A model generated the notes under the pieces. That model did no database searches and had not been told where the DNA came from. It saw nothing but the letters and a program-made list of their open reading frames with translations. From NCBI GenBank assembly GCA_903916755.1, contig CAIWXW010000100.1:2026-66025 (forward strand): a stretch of DNA of 64,000 bases, written 5' to 3'. This stretch comes from an uncultured Opitutaceae bacterium. GTDB lineage: Bacteria; Verrucomicrobiota; Verrucomicrobiia; Opitutales; Opitutaceae. Positions 51,373 through 64,000 of the stretch are shown here, piece after piece. The translations under genes were made by a program, and so were the position numbers. The first letter of the stretch is position 1. The number at the start of each line of letters is the position of its first letter.

Positions 51373-52605
51373 ATGAAAAGGGATGCCATGGCGCAGGCGG
51401 GCCGCCGACTCGTTCATCGGCTGGACCAGCTCGGCGAGGTGACCGACGAGCCGGACAAATTGACCCGCACCTTCCTGTCGCCGGCCATGCGCAAGGCTAA
51501 CACGCTGGTGGGCAGCTGGATGCGTGAGGCCGGGCTCGCGGTGCGCGTGGACGCGGTCGGCAACCTGATTGGCCGGAAGGAGTCCGGCCGCCCGGCGGCC
51601 AAGACCCTGTTGCTGGGCTCACACTTGGACACGGTGCGTGATGCCGGCCGCTTTGACGGGGCCTTGGGCGTGCTGCTGCCGCTGGCTGCCCTGGACTGCC
51701 TGCGGCGCCAGGGTGTGACGCTGCCTTTCGCGGTCGAGGTGCTGGGATTTTCCGAGGAGGAAGGCGTGCGCTTCTCGAGCTCCTATCTCGGCAGCAAGGG
51801 CTATGTCGGCCGCCTGGGGGCGACGGACTTGAAGCGGCGCGACGCCCACGGACGGACGCTATCCGAGGCGCTGGGCCGGCCGCCCGGAAGCGTCCCGGCG
51901 CATGATCGGCGGGAGCTTCTCGGCTATGTGGAGGCCCACATTGAACAGGGGCCGGTGCTGGAGGCCCGGCGCCTGTCCCTGGGCGTGGTATCGGGCATCG
52001 CCGGGCAGACCCGCGCGGAATTGACCTGGACGGGCCGGGCCGGCCACGCGGGCACGACGCCGATGGCGCTGCGGCGGGACGCGCTGGCGGGCGCGGCGGA
52101 ATTTCTCCTCGCGGCCGAGGCCTACGCCCGGAAGCGGAGGCCGCTGGTGGCCACCGTGGGCCGGATGGCGGCCGCGCCCGGCGCCGCCAACGTCATCCCG
52201 GGGCTGGCGGTCCACTCCCTGGACGTGCGCCATCCGCGGGATGCCGTCCGCCGGCGGGCCCTGGCCGATCTGCGCGGGGCGGCGCGGAAGATCGCGCGCC
52301 GGCGCGGGCTGCGTCTGGCCTGGCGGACGACCCAGGATGATGCGGCGGTGGCCTGCGCGCCGGCCCTGACCGGCCTCCTCGAGCGCAGCGTGCGCGCCCA
52401 GCAGGGCCGGAGCCTCACCCTGGCCAGCGGCGCCGGCCACGACGGCGTCATCATTTCTTCCCTGACCCCGATCGCCATGCTCTTTGTCCGCTGCCGCGCC
52501 GGGCTCAGCCACCATCCCGACGAGCACGTGGCGCCGTCTGACCTGGCGATGGCGCTGCGCGTCATGGTCGATTTTCTGCAAAGGCTTGCCGCCCAATATG
52601 AGTAA
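51373..52605 (+). CDS. allC: AllC-family Zn/Mn amidohydrolase (M20): allantoate amidohydrolase or ureidoglycolate amidohydrolase
   Basis: ATG at 51373. DAVGNLIGR, GSHLDTV..AGRFDGALGV, FSEEEG, GAGHDG. Which of the two paralogs performs which step cannot be decided from sequence alone. Confidence 0.8.
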   Translation: MKRDAMAQAGRRLVHRLDQLGEVTDEPDKLTRTFLSPAMRKANTLVGSWMREAGLAVRVDAVGNLIGRKESGRPAAKTLLLGSHLDTVRDAGRFDGALGVLLPLAALDCLRRQGVTLPFAVEVLGFSEEEGVRFSSSYLGSKGYVGRLGATDLKRRDAHGRTLSEALGRPPGSVPAHDRRELLGYVEAHIEQGPVLEARRLSLGVVSGIAGQTRAELTWTGRAGHAGTTPMALRRDALAGAAEFLLAAEAYARKRRPLVATVGRMAAAPGAANVIPGLAVHSLDVRHPRDAVRRRALADLRGAARKIARRRGLRLAWRTTQDDAAVACAPALTGLLERSVRAQQGRSLTLASGAGHDGVIISSLTPIAMLFVRCRAGLSHHPDEHVAPSDLAMALRVMVDFLQRLAAQYE

Positions 52606-53968
52606 CGTCTTCGACTTGCTGATTCGCAATGGCGACGTGGTCACGCCTGAGGGCGTCCTCCGGGCCGACGTCGGCGTGTCCGAAGGGCGGATCGTGCGGA
52701 TCGCGCGCGAGCTGGAGGGATCCGCCAAGGAAACCATCGAGGCGGCGGGCCTCCATGTGTTCCCCGGCATCCTGGACGCGCATGTGCACTTCAACGAGCC
52801 GGGCCGCGCCGACTGGGAGGGCCTGGCCAGCGGTTCAGCCGCGCTGGCGGCCGGCGGGGGCACCGCGTTCTTCGACATGCCGCTCAACTCGGTGCCGCCC
52901 GTCCTCGACCGCGAGAGCTTCGCGCTCAAGCGGGCGCTGGCCGAGCAGAAGTCGCGGGTGGACTTTGCGCTCTGGGGCGGCCTCGTCCCGGGCAACCTGG
53001 ACCGGCTCGGCGAGTTGCGCGACGCCGGCGCGATCGGCCTCAAGGCCTTCATGTGCGGCAGTGGCGTGGAGGAATTTCCGGGCATCATCGATGCGGCCAC
53101 GCTGCGCGCGGGGATGAAGCGGGCGGCGGAGCTCGGCCTGTTGGTCGCGGTGCATGCGGAGGACGACGCCCTGGCGCGGAGCCTGGTGGACGCGGCGCAG
53201 GCCCGCGGCGAGACGGATGTGCGCTCCTGGATGGCGACCCGGCCCGTGGAGGTGGAGCTGGCCGCCATCCGCACGGCCACGGACATCGCGGGCGAGACCG
53301 GCTGCCGCCTGCATATCGTGCATGTCAGCAGCCCGGAGGGCGTCATTCTCGTGGCGGAGGCCCGGCGCCGCGGGGTGGACGTGACCGCTGAAACCTGCCC
53401 GCACTACCTCCTCTTGAACGAGGAGGACGTGGTGCGCCTCGGCGCCCCGGCCAAATGCTTTCCGCCGCTGCGTTCGGAGATCCGGCGCCAGCGGCTCTGG
53501 GAGGCGGTCGAACACGGCGGCCTCGACACGATCGGTTCGGACCATTCGCCCGCGCCGCCGACCATGAAGGTCTCCAACGACTTCTTCGCGATCTGGGGCG
53601 GCATTTCCGGCTGCCAGCATGGCTTCCCCCTCCTGATCTCGGTCGCGCTCGAACGGGCACCGGCCGCCGAGGCGCTGCCCCGCCTCGCGACCCTGCTCGC
53701 CGCGAACGTGGCCGACCGGTTCAGCCTGGCCGGGCGCAAGGGCCGGCTGGCCGAGGGGGCGGACGCCGATTTCGCGCTCCTCAACCTCCAGGGCGATCAT
53801 GTCCTGCACAACGAGGAGCTTTTCTATCATTTTCAGCAGGGACCCTATGACCGGCGGCGCTGCACCGTCGGCGTCGCGCGCACGATCGTGCGGGGTCGCA
53901 CGGTTTATGCTGAGGGGCGGATTGCCTCGGCGCCGTCCTTCGGGCACCTTCTGACCCCATCCCCATGA
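52598..53968 (+). CDS. allB: Allantoinase
   Basis: ATG at 52598. DLLIRNGDVV, GILDAHVHFNEPGR.DWEG, LKAFM, HAEDD, HIVHVSS, GSDHSP. Confidence 0.9.
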   Translation: MSNVFDLLIRNGDVVTPEGVLRADVGVSEGRIVRIARELEGSAKETIEAAGLHVFPGILDAHVHFNEPGRADWEGLASGSAALAAGGGTAFFDMPLNSVPPVLDRESFALKRALAEQKSRVDFALWGGLVPGNLDRLGELRDAGAIGLKAFMCGSGVEEFPGIIDAATLRAGMKRAAELGLLVAVHAEDDALARSLVDAAQARGETDVRSWMATRPVEVELAAIRTATDIAGETGCRLHIVHVSSPEGVILVAEARRRGVDVTAETCPHYLLLNEEDVVRLGAPAKCFPPLRSEIRRQRLWEAVEHGGLDTIGSDHSPAPPTMKVSNDFFAIWGGISGCQHGFPLLISVALERAPAAEALPRLATLLAANVADRFSLAGRKGRLAEGADADFALLNLQGDHVLHNEELFYHFQQGPYDRRRCTVGVARTIVRGRTVYAEGRIASAPSFGHLLTPSP

Positions 53969-54720
53969 TCAAAGCACCCTCCGATCTCTTCGGGCACACC
54001 CGGGCCCATGTCGGCGCCCGGCACGCCCTCCTGACCCCGAACAATCATGTTGGCAGCGTGGTGCCGGGGATCTCCGGCGCCACCACGGTCATTTTGATCA
54101 ACGAGGCCATGGGGGCGAAATTCGCGCAGGTGCTCGTGACCTTCCAGAAGGGCGGCTCCGCCGCCGCGCCGGCCAACGAGCTCGAAACCTTTGGCGCCCT
54201 GCTCGGCGGCTCCGCGACCGTCCTGGTCGGAGGCAAGAAGGAGCGCTGCGGCCCCGGCGGCTTTTTCTTCGCGCCGGCCCGGCAGACCTGGAGCCTCTCC
54301 GCGCCGACGGCGGGCGCGCAGCTCCTCCTTTTCCAGAAGAAGTACGTCCCGCTGGCCGGCGTTTCCGGTCCGCGCCCCCTCATCAGCGACGCCGCCCGCG
54401 TGAAGGGCGTGCCGTTCCTGGGCGATCCGGCCGCCAACCTGCAGGTGCTCCTGCCGGACGAGCCGGCCTATGATCTCGCGGTAAACATCTTCGCCTACGA
54501 GCCGGGCGGGCACCTGCCTTTCGTCGAGGCGCACGTCATGGAGCACGGGCTGCTCATGCTCGACGGGGAGGGCGTCTACCGCCTCGAGGACAGCTGGTAT
54601 CCGGTCCGGGCCGGCGATGCCATCTGGATGGCCCCCTTCTGCCCGCAGTGGTTCGTGGCGATGGGCAAGCAGCCGGCGCGCTATCTTTACTATAAGGACG
54701 TCAACCGTCCCGCCCTATGA
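53965..54720 (+). CDS. allE: (S)-ureidoglycine aminohydrolase (bicupin, YlbA/AllE type)
   Basis: 251 aa. The start overlaps the allB stop (ATGA). The opening ...GHTRAHVGARHALLTPNNHV and the cupin segments EAHVMEHGLLMLDGEGVY are typical of UGlyAH. Confidence 0.78.
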   Translation: MIKAPSDLFGHTRAHVGARHALLTPNNHVGSVVPGISGATTVILINEAMGAKFAQVLVTFQKGGSAAAPANELETFGALLGGSATVLVGGKKERCGPGGFFFAPARQTWSLSAPTAGAQLLLFQKKYVPLAGVSGPRPLISDAARVKGVPFLGDPAANLQVLLPDEPAYDLAVNIFAYEPGGHLPFVEAHVMEHGLLMLDGEGVYRLEDSWYPVRAGDAIWMAPFCPQWFVAMGKQPARYLYYKDVNRPAL

Positions 54721-55976
54721 AACCGGGACCGAGTTCCCTGGCGCTGACCTTTGACCATCCCGGCCTGGCCCGGGCGATCGAGGAGCTGGCCCTGATTTCG
54801 GAGGCGCCGGCTCCCGCCGTGACCCGGGTGCTGTTCTCGGACACGGACCTGCGGGGCCGCGCCTACGTGCGGGCGCAGGCCGCGGCCGCCGGCCTGACCG
54901 TGCGGGAGGATGCGGTCGGCAACATCTTCGCGCGCTGGGAGGGGAGCGAGCCCGCCCTGCCCGCGGTCGCCACGGGCTCGCACACCGATGCCATTCCCAA
55001 TGCCGGCCGTTTTGACGGGGTCGTCGGGGTGCTGGGGGGGCTCGCGGCGCTGGGGGCCCTGCGCCGCTCCGGTTTCCAGCCGCGGCGCTCGCTGGAGGCG
55101 GTGATGTTCACGGCGGAGGAACCCACCCGGTTTGGCCTGGGCTGCGTGGGCAGCCGGCTCCTCGCCGGGGCGCTGTCGCTCGAGAAGGCGCGCGCCCTGC
55201 GTGACCGGGAGGGCCGCTCGCTGGACGAGCTCCGCGCGGCCGCGGGCTGCACGGGCCCGCTGGAGTCCGTCCGGCTGGCCCCCGGCTGCTACCATTCCTT
55301 TGTCGAGCTGCACATCGAGCAGGGGCCGCTCCTGGAGCAGGAGGGGATTCCCATCGGGCTCGTGGAGGCCATTGCCGGGCCCAGCGCCTACCGGGTCAGC
55401 CTGCGCGGCGAAGGCGGCCATGCCGGCGCGGTGCTGATGCCGGTGCGCCATGACGCATCGCTGGCGGCGGCGGAGATCGCCCTGGCGGTCGAGCGCGGGG
55501 CCAAGGGCAGCGGCAGCCCGGACACGGTCGGAACGACCGGCGTCTGGCGGATCGAGCCCGGCGCCATCAACAGCGTGCCCTTTTTCGCGCAGATCGAAAT
55601 CGACCTGCGGGATACGCGGCTGGACGCGCGCGACCGGGCCCTGGCCGAGATCAGGCGGACGGCCGAGGATGCCGGACGGCGCCGCGGCGTGAAGGTGGAG
55701 ATGGCCGAGATCAACGCCGACCCGCCGGCCGCCGGCGATCCGGCGACGATCGCCATCGCCGAGCAGGTCTGCGCCGAACTGGGCGTGCCCTGCCGCCGGA
55801 TGGTGAGCCGGGCCTACCATGATTCCCTCTTCATGGCGCGGGTCTGTCCGACCACGATGATCTTCATTCCCTGCCGCAACGGCTGGAGCCACCGGCCCGA
55901 GGAATTCGCCGAAGCCGCCCACATCGCCACCGGCGTCGAGGTCCTGGCCCGCACGCTCGCGCGGCTGGCTGGCTGA
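54717..55976 (+). CDS. Second AllC-family amidohydrolase (candidate ureidoglycolate amidohydrolase)
   Basis: DAVGNIFAR, GSHTDAIPNAGRFDGVVGV, FTAEEPTRFG, SRAYHDS. Paralogous to 51373-52605. ATGA overlap with the upstream gene. Confidence 0.75.
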   Translation: MKPGPSSLALTFDHPGLARAIEELALISEAPAPAVTRVLFSDTDLRGRAYVRAQAAAAGLTVREDAVGNIFARWEGSEPALPAVATGSHTDAIPNAGRFDGVVGVLGGLAALGALRRSGFQPRRSLEAVMFTAEEPTRFGLGCVGSRLLAGALSLEKARALRDREGRSLDELRAAAGCTGPLESVRLAPGCYHSFVELHIEQGPLLEQEGIPIGLVEAIAGPSAYRVSLRGEGGHAGAVLMPVRHDASLAAAEIALAVERGAKGSGSPDTVGTTGVWRIEPGAINSVPFFAQIEIDLRDTRLDARDRALAEIRRTAEDAGRRRGVKVEMAEINADPPAAGDPATIAIAEQVCAELGVPCRRMVSRAYHDSLFMARVCPTTMIFIPCRNGWSHRPEEFAEAAHIATGVEVLARTLARLAG

Positions 55977-55979
55977 CCC

Positions 55980-59753
<3,774 letters not shown>

Positions 59754-59779
59754 GCGGCGCGCCGCCCCGGCCCCGCCCC

Positions 59780-60430
59780 TCAGGGGGACGAGGTTTCAAT
59801 GTGGATATTGCGCAGATCGAAGGGGAATCCCTCCAGCTGAAGTCCGATCTGGCCCGAGGCGGGATTGCAGCCGGTCACCTTGTTCTGGGCGACGCCGTTG
59901 ATCGAGCACTCGAGCACGCCGTCGTGGCAGCTGATGTCGGCGCTGTTCCATTCGCCGTACGGCTTCTCGCTGGAGGGATTCATCCGGTTCAGCTGCGGCA
60001 CCGCGGCCCCGGGCTTGGTCGAAAGCGGCTCGGCGAACGTCGCGCCGGCCATCGGCAGCAGGTCGCCGCCGCGCGTGACCTTGGTCTGCACCTGGATGGA
60101 TTTCGGCCAGGTGTTCCGGTCGATCGGCCCGGTCGCGATGTGGATCAGGACGCCGCCGTTGGTGTTCTTGGGCGTGTTGGCCGGCCAGCGCCATTCGACG
60201 TGCAGCTGGTAGTTCGTGTAGGTGCCGGCGGCGACGAGGTAGCCGATCGGCTTGCCCGCCACGGCCACCGTGCCGTCGCCGCCGACCACGCACACTTGGT
60301 TGATGTCCGACGGTGTCGGCGTCACGAGCGTCCAGCCGGACATGTCCTTGCCGTTAAGCAGGTCGGTGGCGTGGGCCGGGGAGGCGGCGCAGGCGGCGCC
60401 GAGGGCAAGGAGCGGGAGGAGGAAGCGCAT
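59780..60430 (-). CDS. Secreted DUF1080-like (3-keto-disaccharide hydrolase / concanavalin-like) protein
   Basis: Signal peptide MRFLLPLLALGAACAASPAHA. LLNGKDMSGWT..., NGGVLIH and GQIGLQLEGFPFDLRNIHIE are typical of the DUF1080 jelly-roll family. Confidence 0.7.
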   Translation of the reverse strand: MRFLLPLLALGAACAASPAHATDLLNGKDMSGWTLVTPTPSDINQVCVVGGDGTVAVAGKPIGYLVAAGTYTNYQLHVEWRWPANTPKNTNGGVLIHIATGPIDRNTWPKSIQVQTKVTRGGDLLPMAGATFAEPLSTKPGAAVPQLNRMNPSSEKPYGEWNSADISCHDGVLECSINGVAQNKVTGCNPASGQIGLQLEGFPFDLRNIHIETSSP

Positions 60431-60473
60431 GGGGAGGGGTTCGGAGGGGATGGGAGACGAGGAGGAGGGGGGA

Positions 60474-62186
60474 TTACAACTGCTTTTCGATGCCGGGGAT
60501 CAGGAAGAGGAAGAAGCTCCGGAGGTGCTGGAAAAGATTGACGGGTTCGTGGTGGCGGACGGCGGCCTTGCCGCGCGCCTCGCCCGTCCAGACCAGACGG
60601 GTCCCGAGGAAAGAAGTTGCGGGGCCGGACGGCGACGGTTCCAGCCGGACCCGCCAGCTTTGGTTGGGCGCGCAGTCCCGGCGGATGTCGCGCGCGGCCT
60701 GTTCCGCCAGTCGCTTGCTGTCGATGATCGCGGCGACCTCCAGGTTGAGGAAGGCCGAGCGGGGATCGAGATTGTAGCTTCCGACCCAGACCCGCTGGCG
60801 GTCGAAGACCATGACCTTGGAGTGCAGGATCGCGTACGACTGCTGGGGCCGAAACCAGCTGGCTTCGGCCGGGAGGCCGGCGCCGTCGCGCTTGTATTCG
60901 TAGAGTTCCACCCCGAGCCCCAGCAGTCGGCGGCGATAGCGCTCATAGGCATCGTAGACGACCGGCACATCCGTGGTGGCCGCGGTGTTGGTCAGGACGG
61001 TCACGGTGACGCCCCGCGCGCGCATCGCGCGGTACCAGTCCATCCCGTCCCGGCCGGGGACGAAATAGGCCGCCTCCATCAGGGCCTCCTGCCGGGTGTT
61101 CCGCCATTCGCTTTCCAGCACATGGGTCAGCGGACTGATCTCGCCCAGCGGCGCCGCCACCTGGGCGGCGGGATCGGCTCGAATTTCGCCGGGCGCCCAG
61201 ATCAGGGCGTCGCCCCGCTCGAGGTCGGCGAGATAGCCGTCGCGGGTGGCTTCATATTGGCGGGCGAAGGATTCGACCCCGAGGGAGCGCTGCTCGATCT
61301 GGGCCCGGGCGATGGCGAGGGCGTTCGGATCCTTGAGCGGATTGGCCAGCTTTGCCACCGGCACGGCCCACGTGCTGTTCCAGTATTCGTCGAAGATGGC
61401 GGAGGCCTGGCGGGTGACGTCGCCGGCGGCCAGCAGATCGAAATCCCGGAAGCCGTGCTTGTTCTCGAGGTCGAAATATTCGTCGCCGATGTTGCGGCCG
61501 CCGAGAATGACGGCCGTGTTGTCGACCGTCAGCTGCTTGACATGCATCCGCCGGTTTAGCCGCTTGAAGTCGAAGGCATATTCGAGCCAAAGCGCCCAGC
61601 GCGGGTGATAGTGGACGGGATTGTAGACCCGCACCGAAAAATTCGGGACGGACGACAGCGTCGAGAGCTTGGCGGCATGGCGGAGGTTGAAATCATCCAG
61701 GAGCAGGCGGACGCGCACGCCCCGGTCCGCCGCCTGGAGCAGGTGGAGGGTCAGGAGGTCGCCGGTCTGGTCGTCGTCAAAGATGTAGTATTGGATGTCG
61801 ATCGTCCGCTCCGCGGCGTCGACCAGCGCGAGGCGCGCGGCCAGCGCCTCCGGCCCGAACTCCAGCAGGTGGAAGCCGGACTCGCCGGGATGGCCGAGGG
61901 CGAGGCCGGAAAGCGCCCGGCCCAGGGTCGTGGCCTGCGGATGCTCCAGGGCGTGGGACGCGGGCAGGCCGCCCGTGGGGATGGCGGCGCAGCCGGCCAG
62001 GCTCAGGAGCCACCCGGCCAGGAACGCCGTTGCCCCCGGCCATGCGCATGACCGACGAGCCCGGCCATCCGGAACGGGGGCGGCGGTCAAGATGGGGGTG
62101 AGCTGGATGGCCAGGTGGGAAATGGAGCGCGCAATATGGCGGGCGCGGGACCGGGGCAAAAGGCTAATGTTCAACCTCTCCGGCAT
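60474..62186 (-). CDS. Phospholipase D-family lipoprotein with two HKD motifs (ClsC/PLD-like)
   Basis: HKD motifs MHVKQLTVDN and LHSKVMVFD. Lipobox LSLAGC after about 60 residues, so the true start may be downstream of the ATG at 62186. Confidence 0.75.
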   Translation of the reverse strand: MPERLNISLLPRSRARHIARSISHLAIQLTPILTAAPVPDGRARRSCAWPGATAFLAGWLLSLAGCAAIPTGGLPASHALEHPQATTLGRALSGLALGHPGESGFHLLEFGPEALAARLALVDAAERTIDIQYYIFDDDQTGDLLTLHLLQAADRGVRVRLLLDDFNLRHAAKLSTLSSVPNFSVRVYNPVHYHPRWALWLEYAFDFKRLNRRMHVKQLTVDNTAVILGGRNIGDEYFDLENKHGFRDFDLLAAGDVTRQASAIFDEYWNSTWAVPVAKLANPLKDPNALAIARAQIEQRSLGVESFARQYEATRDGYLADLERGDALIWAPGEIRADPAAQVAAPLGEISPLTHVLESEWRNTRQEALMEAAYFVPGRDGMDWYRAMRARGVTVTVLTNTAATTDVPVVYDAYERYRRRLLGLGVELYEYKRDGAGLPAEASWFRPQQSYAILHSKVMVFDRQRVWVGSYNLDPRSAFLNLEVAAIIDSKRLAEQAARDIRRDCAPNQSWRVRLEPSPSGPATSFLGTRLVWTGEARGKAAVRHHEPVNLFQHLRSFFLFLIPGIEKQL

Positions 62187-62246
62187 GAATTCGCGGTCCG
62201 ATGGATGGGGGATCCACCGGATGGGCGGGCCGGTCCGCGCGGTCCC

Positions 62247-64000
62247 TCATGGGCGCGGCCGTCTGGCTTTCTGACCGGACCCGGTTTCTCGCCCGGCTGG
62301 CTTGGCGGCGACTTTTTCGGCCTTGGCTTCGAGCTTTTGCCGAGCCTCATCCTCTTTTTCCCTTAGCTTTTGCTGCCGCTCCCACGCCTTCCGTGCGGTG
62401 AGGAAGCCGTCGGACGGCGAGGTCGATTCCAGATTTTCGAAAAAGGTCCGCACACCGAAGCGAATGGTTTCGCTCCAAGGCGCGCCGGGGCGACCGCCGG
62501 GGTTGGGCGGGGCGGCATTGGGCAGGTTCTGCGCCGTTACCCGGCCAAACTGCGGGCGAGGGGGAGCGGGCGCCCCCGCCCCCGTCCCACGCCCGGCTGC
62601 CGCGGGCACAACGGCGGCGCCCGGCCCGCGCATTGAGGCGCCACTGCCCAGCAGGTGCCCGGCGACCCCGCCGCCCCCGACCGCGGCCGTAGCCAGGGCG
62701 GTGCTGGCGCCCGCGATCAGCCCGGTGGCGAAGGTGGACAGGAATGCCCCGGCCGCTCCCGCGCCCTTCAGGAAGACGGCCACCAGCTTTGGGGTTTTCA
62801 GCGCCACATAGAGGGCGAGGAAGAGATAGGTCACCAGGTAGCAAAAGGTGGCGAGGGCGGCGACCTCGCCACCGGTGGCGGCGACCGCCACGGCGGCGGT
62901 CGCGCCATACGCCACCCCCGCCGCCGTCTGCGCCCATCCGCCGCTGGCCGGGGCGAGCGGGCCCAGCAGCATGTATTTCAGCACGAGCGCCATCAGCGCG
63001 TCGACGAACAGCATGATGAACTGGTAGGCGGGCACGACCACCGTGAGCCAGCCGAGTGACCGCAGGACGCCATAAAATGCCTCCTCGGTCACCGGCATGA
63101 GCCAGAAGGGCATCGCGATCACCAGGAGGAAGAGGTTCACCTCGATCAGGACCTTGACGGCCGCCGTAAAAATGTAGGCCACCATCCGCGTCAGCACGAC
63201 GCCGAGGCTGCGGCCGGCCCAGTCGACGGCGGCCCGGATTTGATTCAGCCATCCGCCCGCCGCCGCCGCCGCCCGCTCGACCTGATCGGAAAACCAGGCG
63301 CGGGCGCGCCGGGCCAGGGTGGGGGAGGCGCCGAGGATCGGGAGGAGCTGGGCGTCGAGGTAGGTGAGCGTGTCGCCCAGGACGGCCTTCGCGTAGCGCT
63401 GGCGGCCCGCCTCGAACGCGGCGGTCGCCCCGGGCAGCGCGGGCAGGGCGAGCGTCTCAGCCGCCTGGGCATCGTCCAGCGCGAGCGCAGTCGAAAGCGG
63501 GGCGAGGCTGGAGGATTGGCCAGCGGGAAAGGCGATCGTGAGCGCGCCGGTGCCGGGGGGCAGCGCCCCCAGGTCCGCGACCAGGGCGCCGAAGTTTTGC
63601 ACGAGCGTCCGCCCGACCAACGCGGCCAGCCGGTCGTCTGGAATCTGCGCGTCGGTCCACAGGCTGGAATCGAGCAGCGGCAGCTGGCCCGGCTGACCGA
63701 CCCCGGCCAGCGCCGCGTTGACCGAGCCGGCCATCGCATCGTACCACGCGCCCAATTGGATCACCTCGGCGCGCGCGGCCCCGGGGGGATGAAGCGCGAC
63801 CGCGCGTCGCGCGGCCGCATCGCGAATGGCGTCGGCGCGCGCGGCGGCGAAGGTGAGGGGACCCACGCCGCCGGCCTGCAGGAGGTGCCCCAAAGCCTGG
63901 TCGGACATCGCCTGGACCGCCGCGGACACGGCGGAGTTCACGGTCATGAGCAGGCCGTACAGCAGGGGGGTGTTGGCTATGATCACGACGCCCATCAGCA
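62247..64000 (-). CDS. Polytopic membrane protein with large soluble loop and Gly/Pro-rich then Lys/Glu-rich tail; 5' end outside the window (TrbL/VirB6-like architecture, speculative)
   Basis: The frame is open to the window edge. At least 5 hydrophobic helices, for example VNLFLLVIAMPFWLMPV and LGWLTVVVPAYQFIMLFVDALMALVL. The C-terminus is GGGGVAG...PAPPRPQ...KAWERQQKLREKEDEARQKLEAKAEK. Confidence 0.6.
   Translation of the reverse strand, partial: LMGVVIIANTPLLYGLLMTVNSAVSAAVQAMSDQALGHLLQAGGVGPLTFAAARADAIRDAAARRAVALHPPGAARAEVIQLGAWYDAMAGSVNAALAGVGQPGQLPLLDSSLWTDAQIPDDRLAALVGRTLVQNFGALVADLGALPPGTGALTIAFPAGQSSSLAPLSTALALDDAQAAETLALPALPGATAAFEAGRQRYAKAVLGDTLTYLDAQLLPILGASPTLARRARAWFSDQVERAAAAAGGWLNQIRAAVDWAGRSLGVVLTRMVAYIFTAAVKVLIEVNLFLLVIAMPFWLMPVTEEAFYGVLRSLGWLTVVVPAYQFIMLFVDALMALVLKYMLLGPLAPASGGWAQTAAGVAYGATAAVAVAATGGEVAALATFCYLVTYLFLALYVALKTPKLVAVFLKGAGAAGAFLSTFATGLIAGASTALATAAVGGGGVAGHLLGSGASMRGPGAAVVPAAAGRGTGAGAPAPPRPQFGRVTAQNLPNAAPPNPGGRPGAPWSETIRFGVRTFFENLESTSPSDGFLTARKAWERQQKLREKEDEARQKLEAKAEKVAAKPAGRETGSGQKARRPRP

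Noticed and set aside
59754-59779. GC palindrome GCGGCGCGCCGC between xdh and the DUF1080 gene, considered as a bidirectional terminator
   Set aside because: No loop and no flanking U/A tracts. It is too short and GC-generic to call.

Overview
This is a high-GC, gene-dense bacterial chromosomal segment. About 55 protein genes are supported. I found no rRNA, tRNA, CRISPR array, transposase or integrase. All functional calls rest on motifs I recognise in the supplied translations and on gene context. No database search was run. The many long GC-driven antisense ORFs in the track were discarded.

Main blocks:
- 1-21 kb, housekeeping: guaA (5' partial), hisD-hisC-hisB, a 996-aa membrane-anchored AsmA/TamB-like gene on the opposite strand, hisH, gltA, a nucleotidyltransferase coupled to a GT2 glycosyltransferase, pdxJ-acpS, nnr, dprA, HIT/hypothetical/nrdR, trpG, tgt and UDP-glucuronate decarboxylase.
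- 22-27 kb: secA and lnt.
- 27-38 kb, accessory-looking carbohydrate-type island: Ldh_2 oxidoreductase, L-rhamnose-isomerase-like TIM barrel, a secreted 406-aa protein, an SDR, three tandem ~490-aa TAT-signal paralogs, then a divergently transcribed thioredoxin-like [2Fe-2S] ferredoxin and a fourth distant paralog. All four paralogs share a C...CxCxxC cysteine signature that resembles the GH42 Cys4 metal site. This is my best candidate for an undescribed system.
- 38-44 kb: methionine synthase split into two ORFs, divergent from a cobalamin riboswitch and a BtuB-like TonB-dependent receptor.
- 44.6-59.8 kb: an orphan ClpP, then an essentially complete purine-to-glyoxylate-to-malate catabolic supercluster. 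It holds adenine deaminase, guanine deaminase, uricase, malate synthase, OHCU decarboxylase, HIU hydrolase, allantoate amidohydrolase, allantoinase, ureidoglycine aminohydrolase, a second AllC-family amidohydrolase and a single-polypeptide 1257-aa xanthine dehydrogenase.
- 59.8-64 kb: a DUF1080-like secreted protein, a two-HKD phospholipase D-family lipoprotein, and a 5'-truncated polytopic membrane protein with a low-complexity tail.

One non-coding oddity: a perfect 28-bp inverted repeat around a 93-nt spacer lies downstream of guaA.
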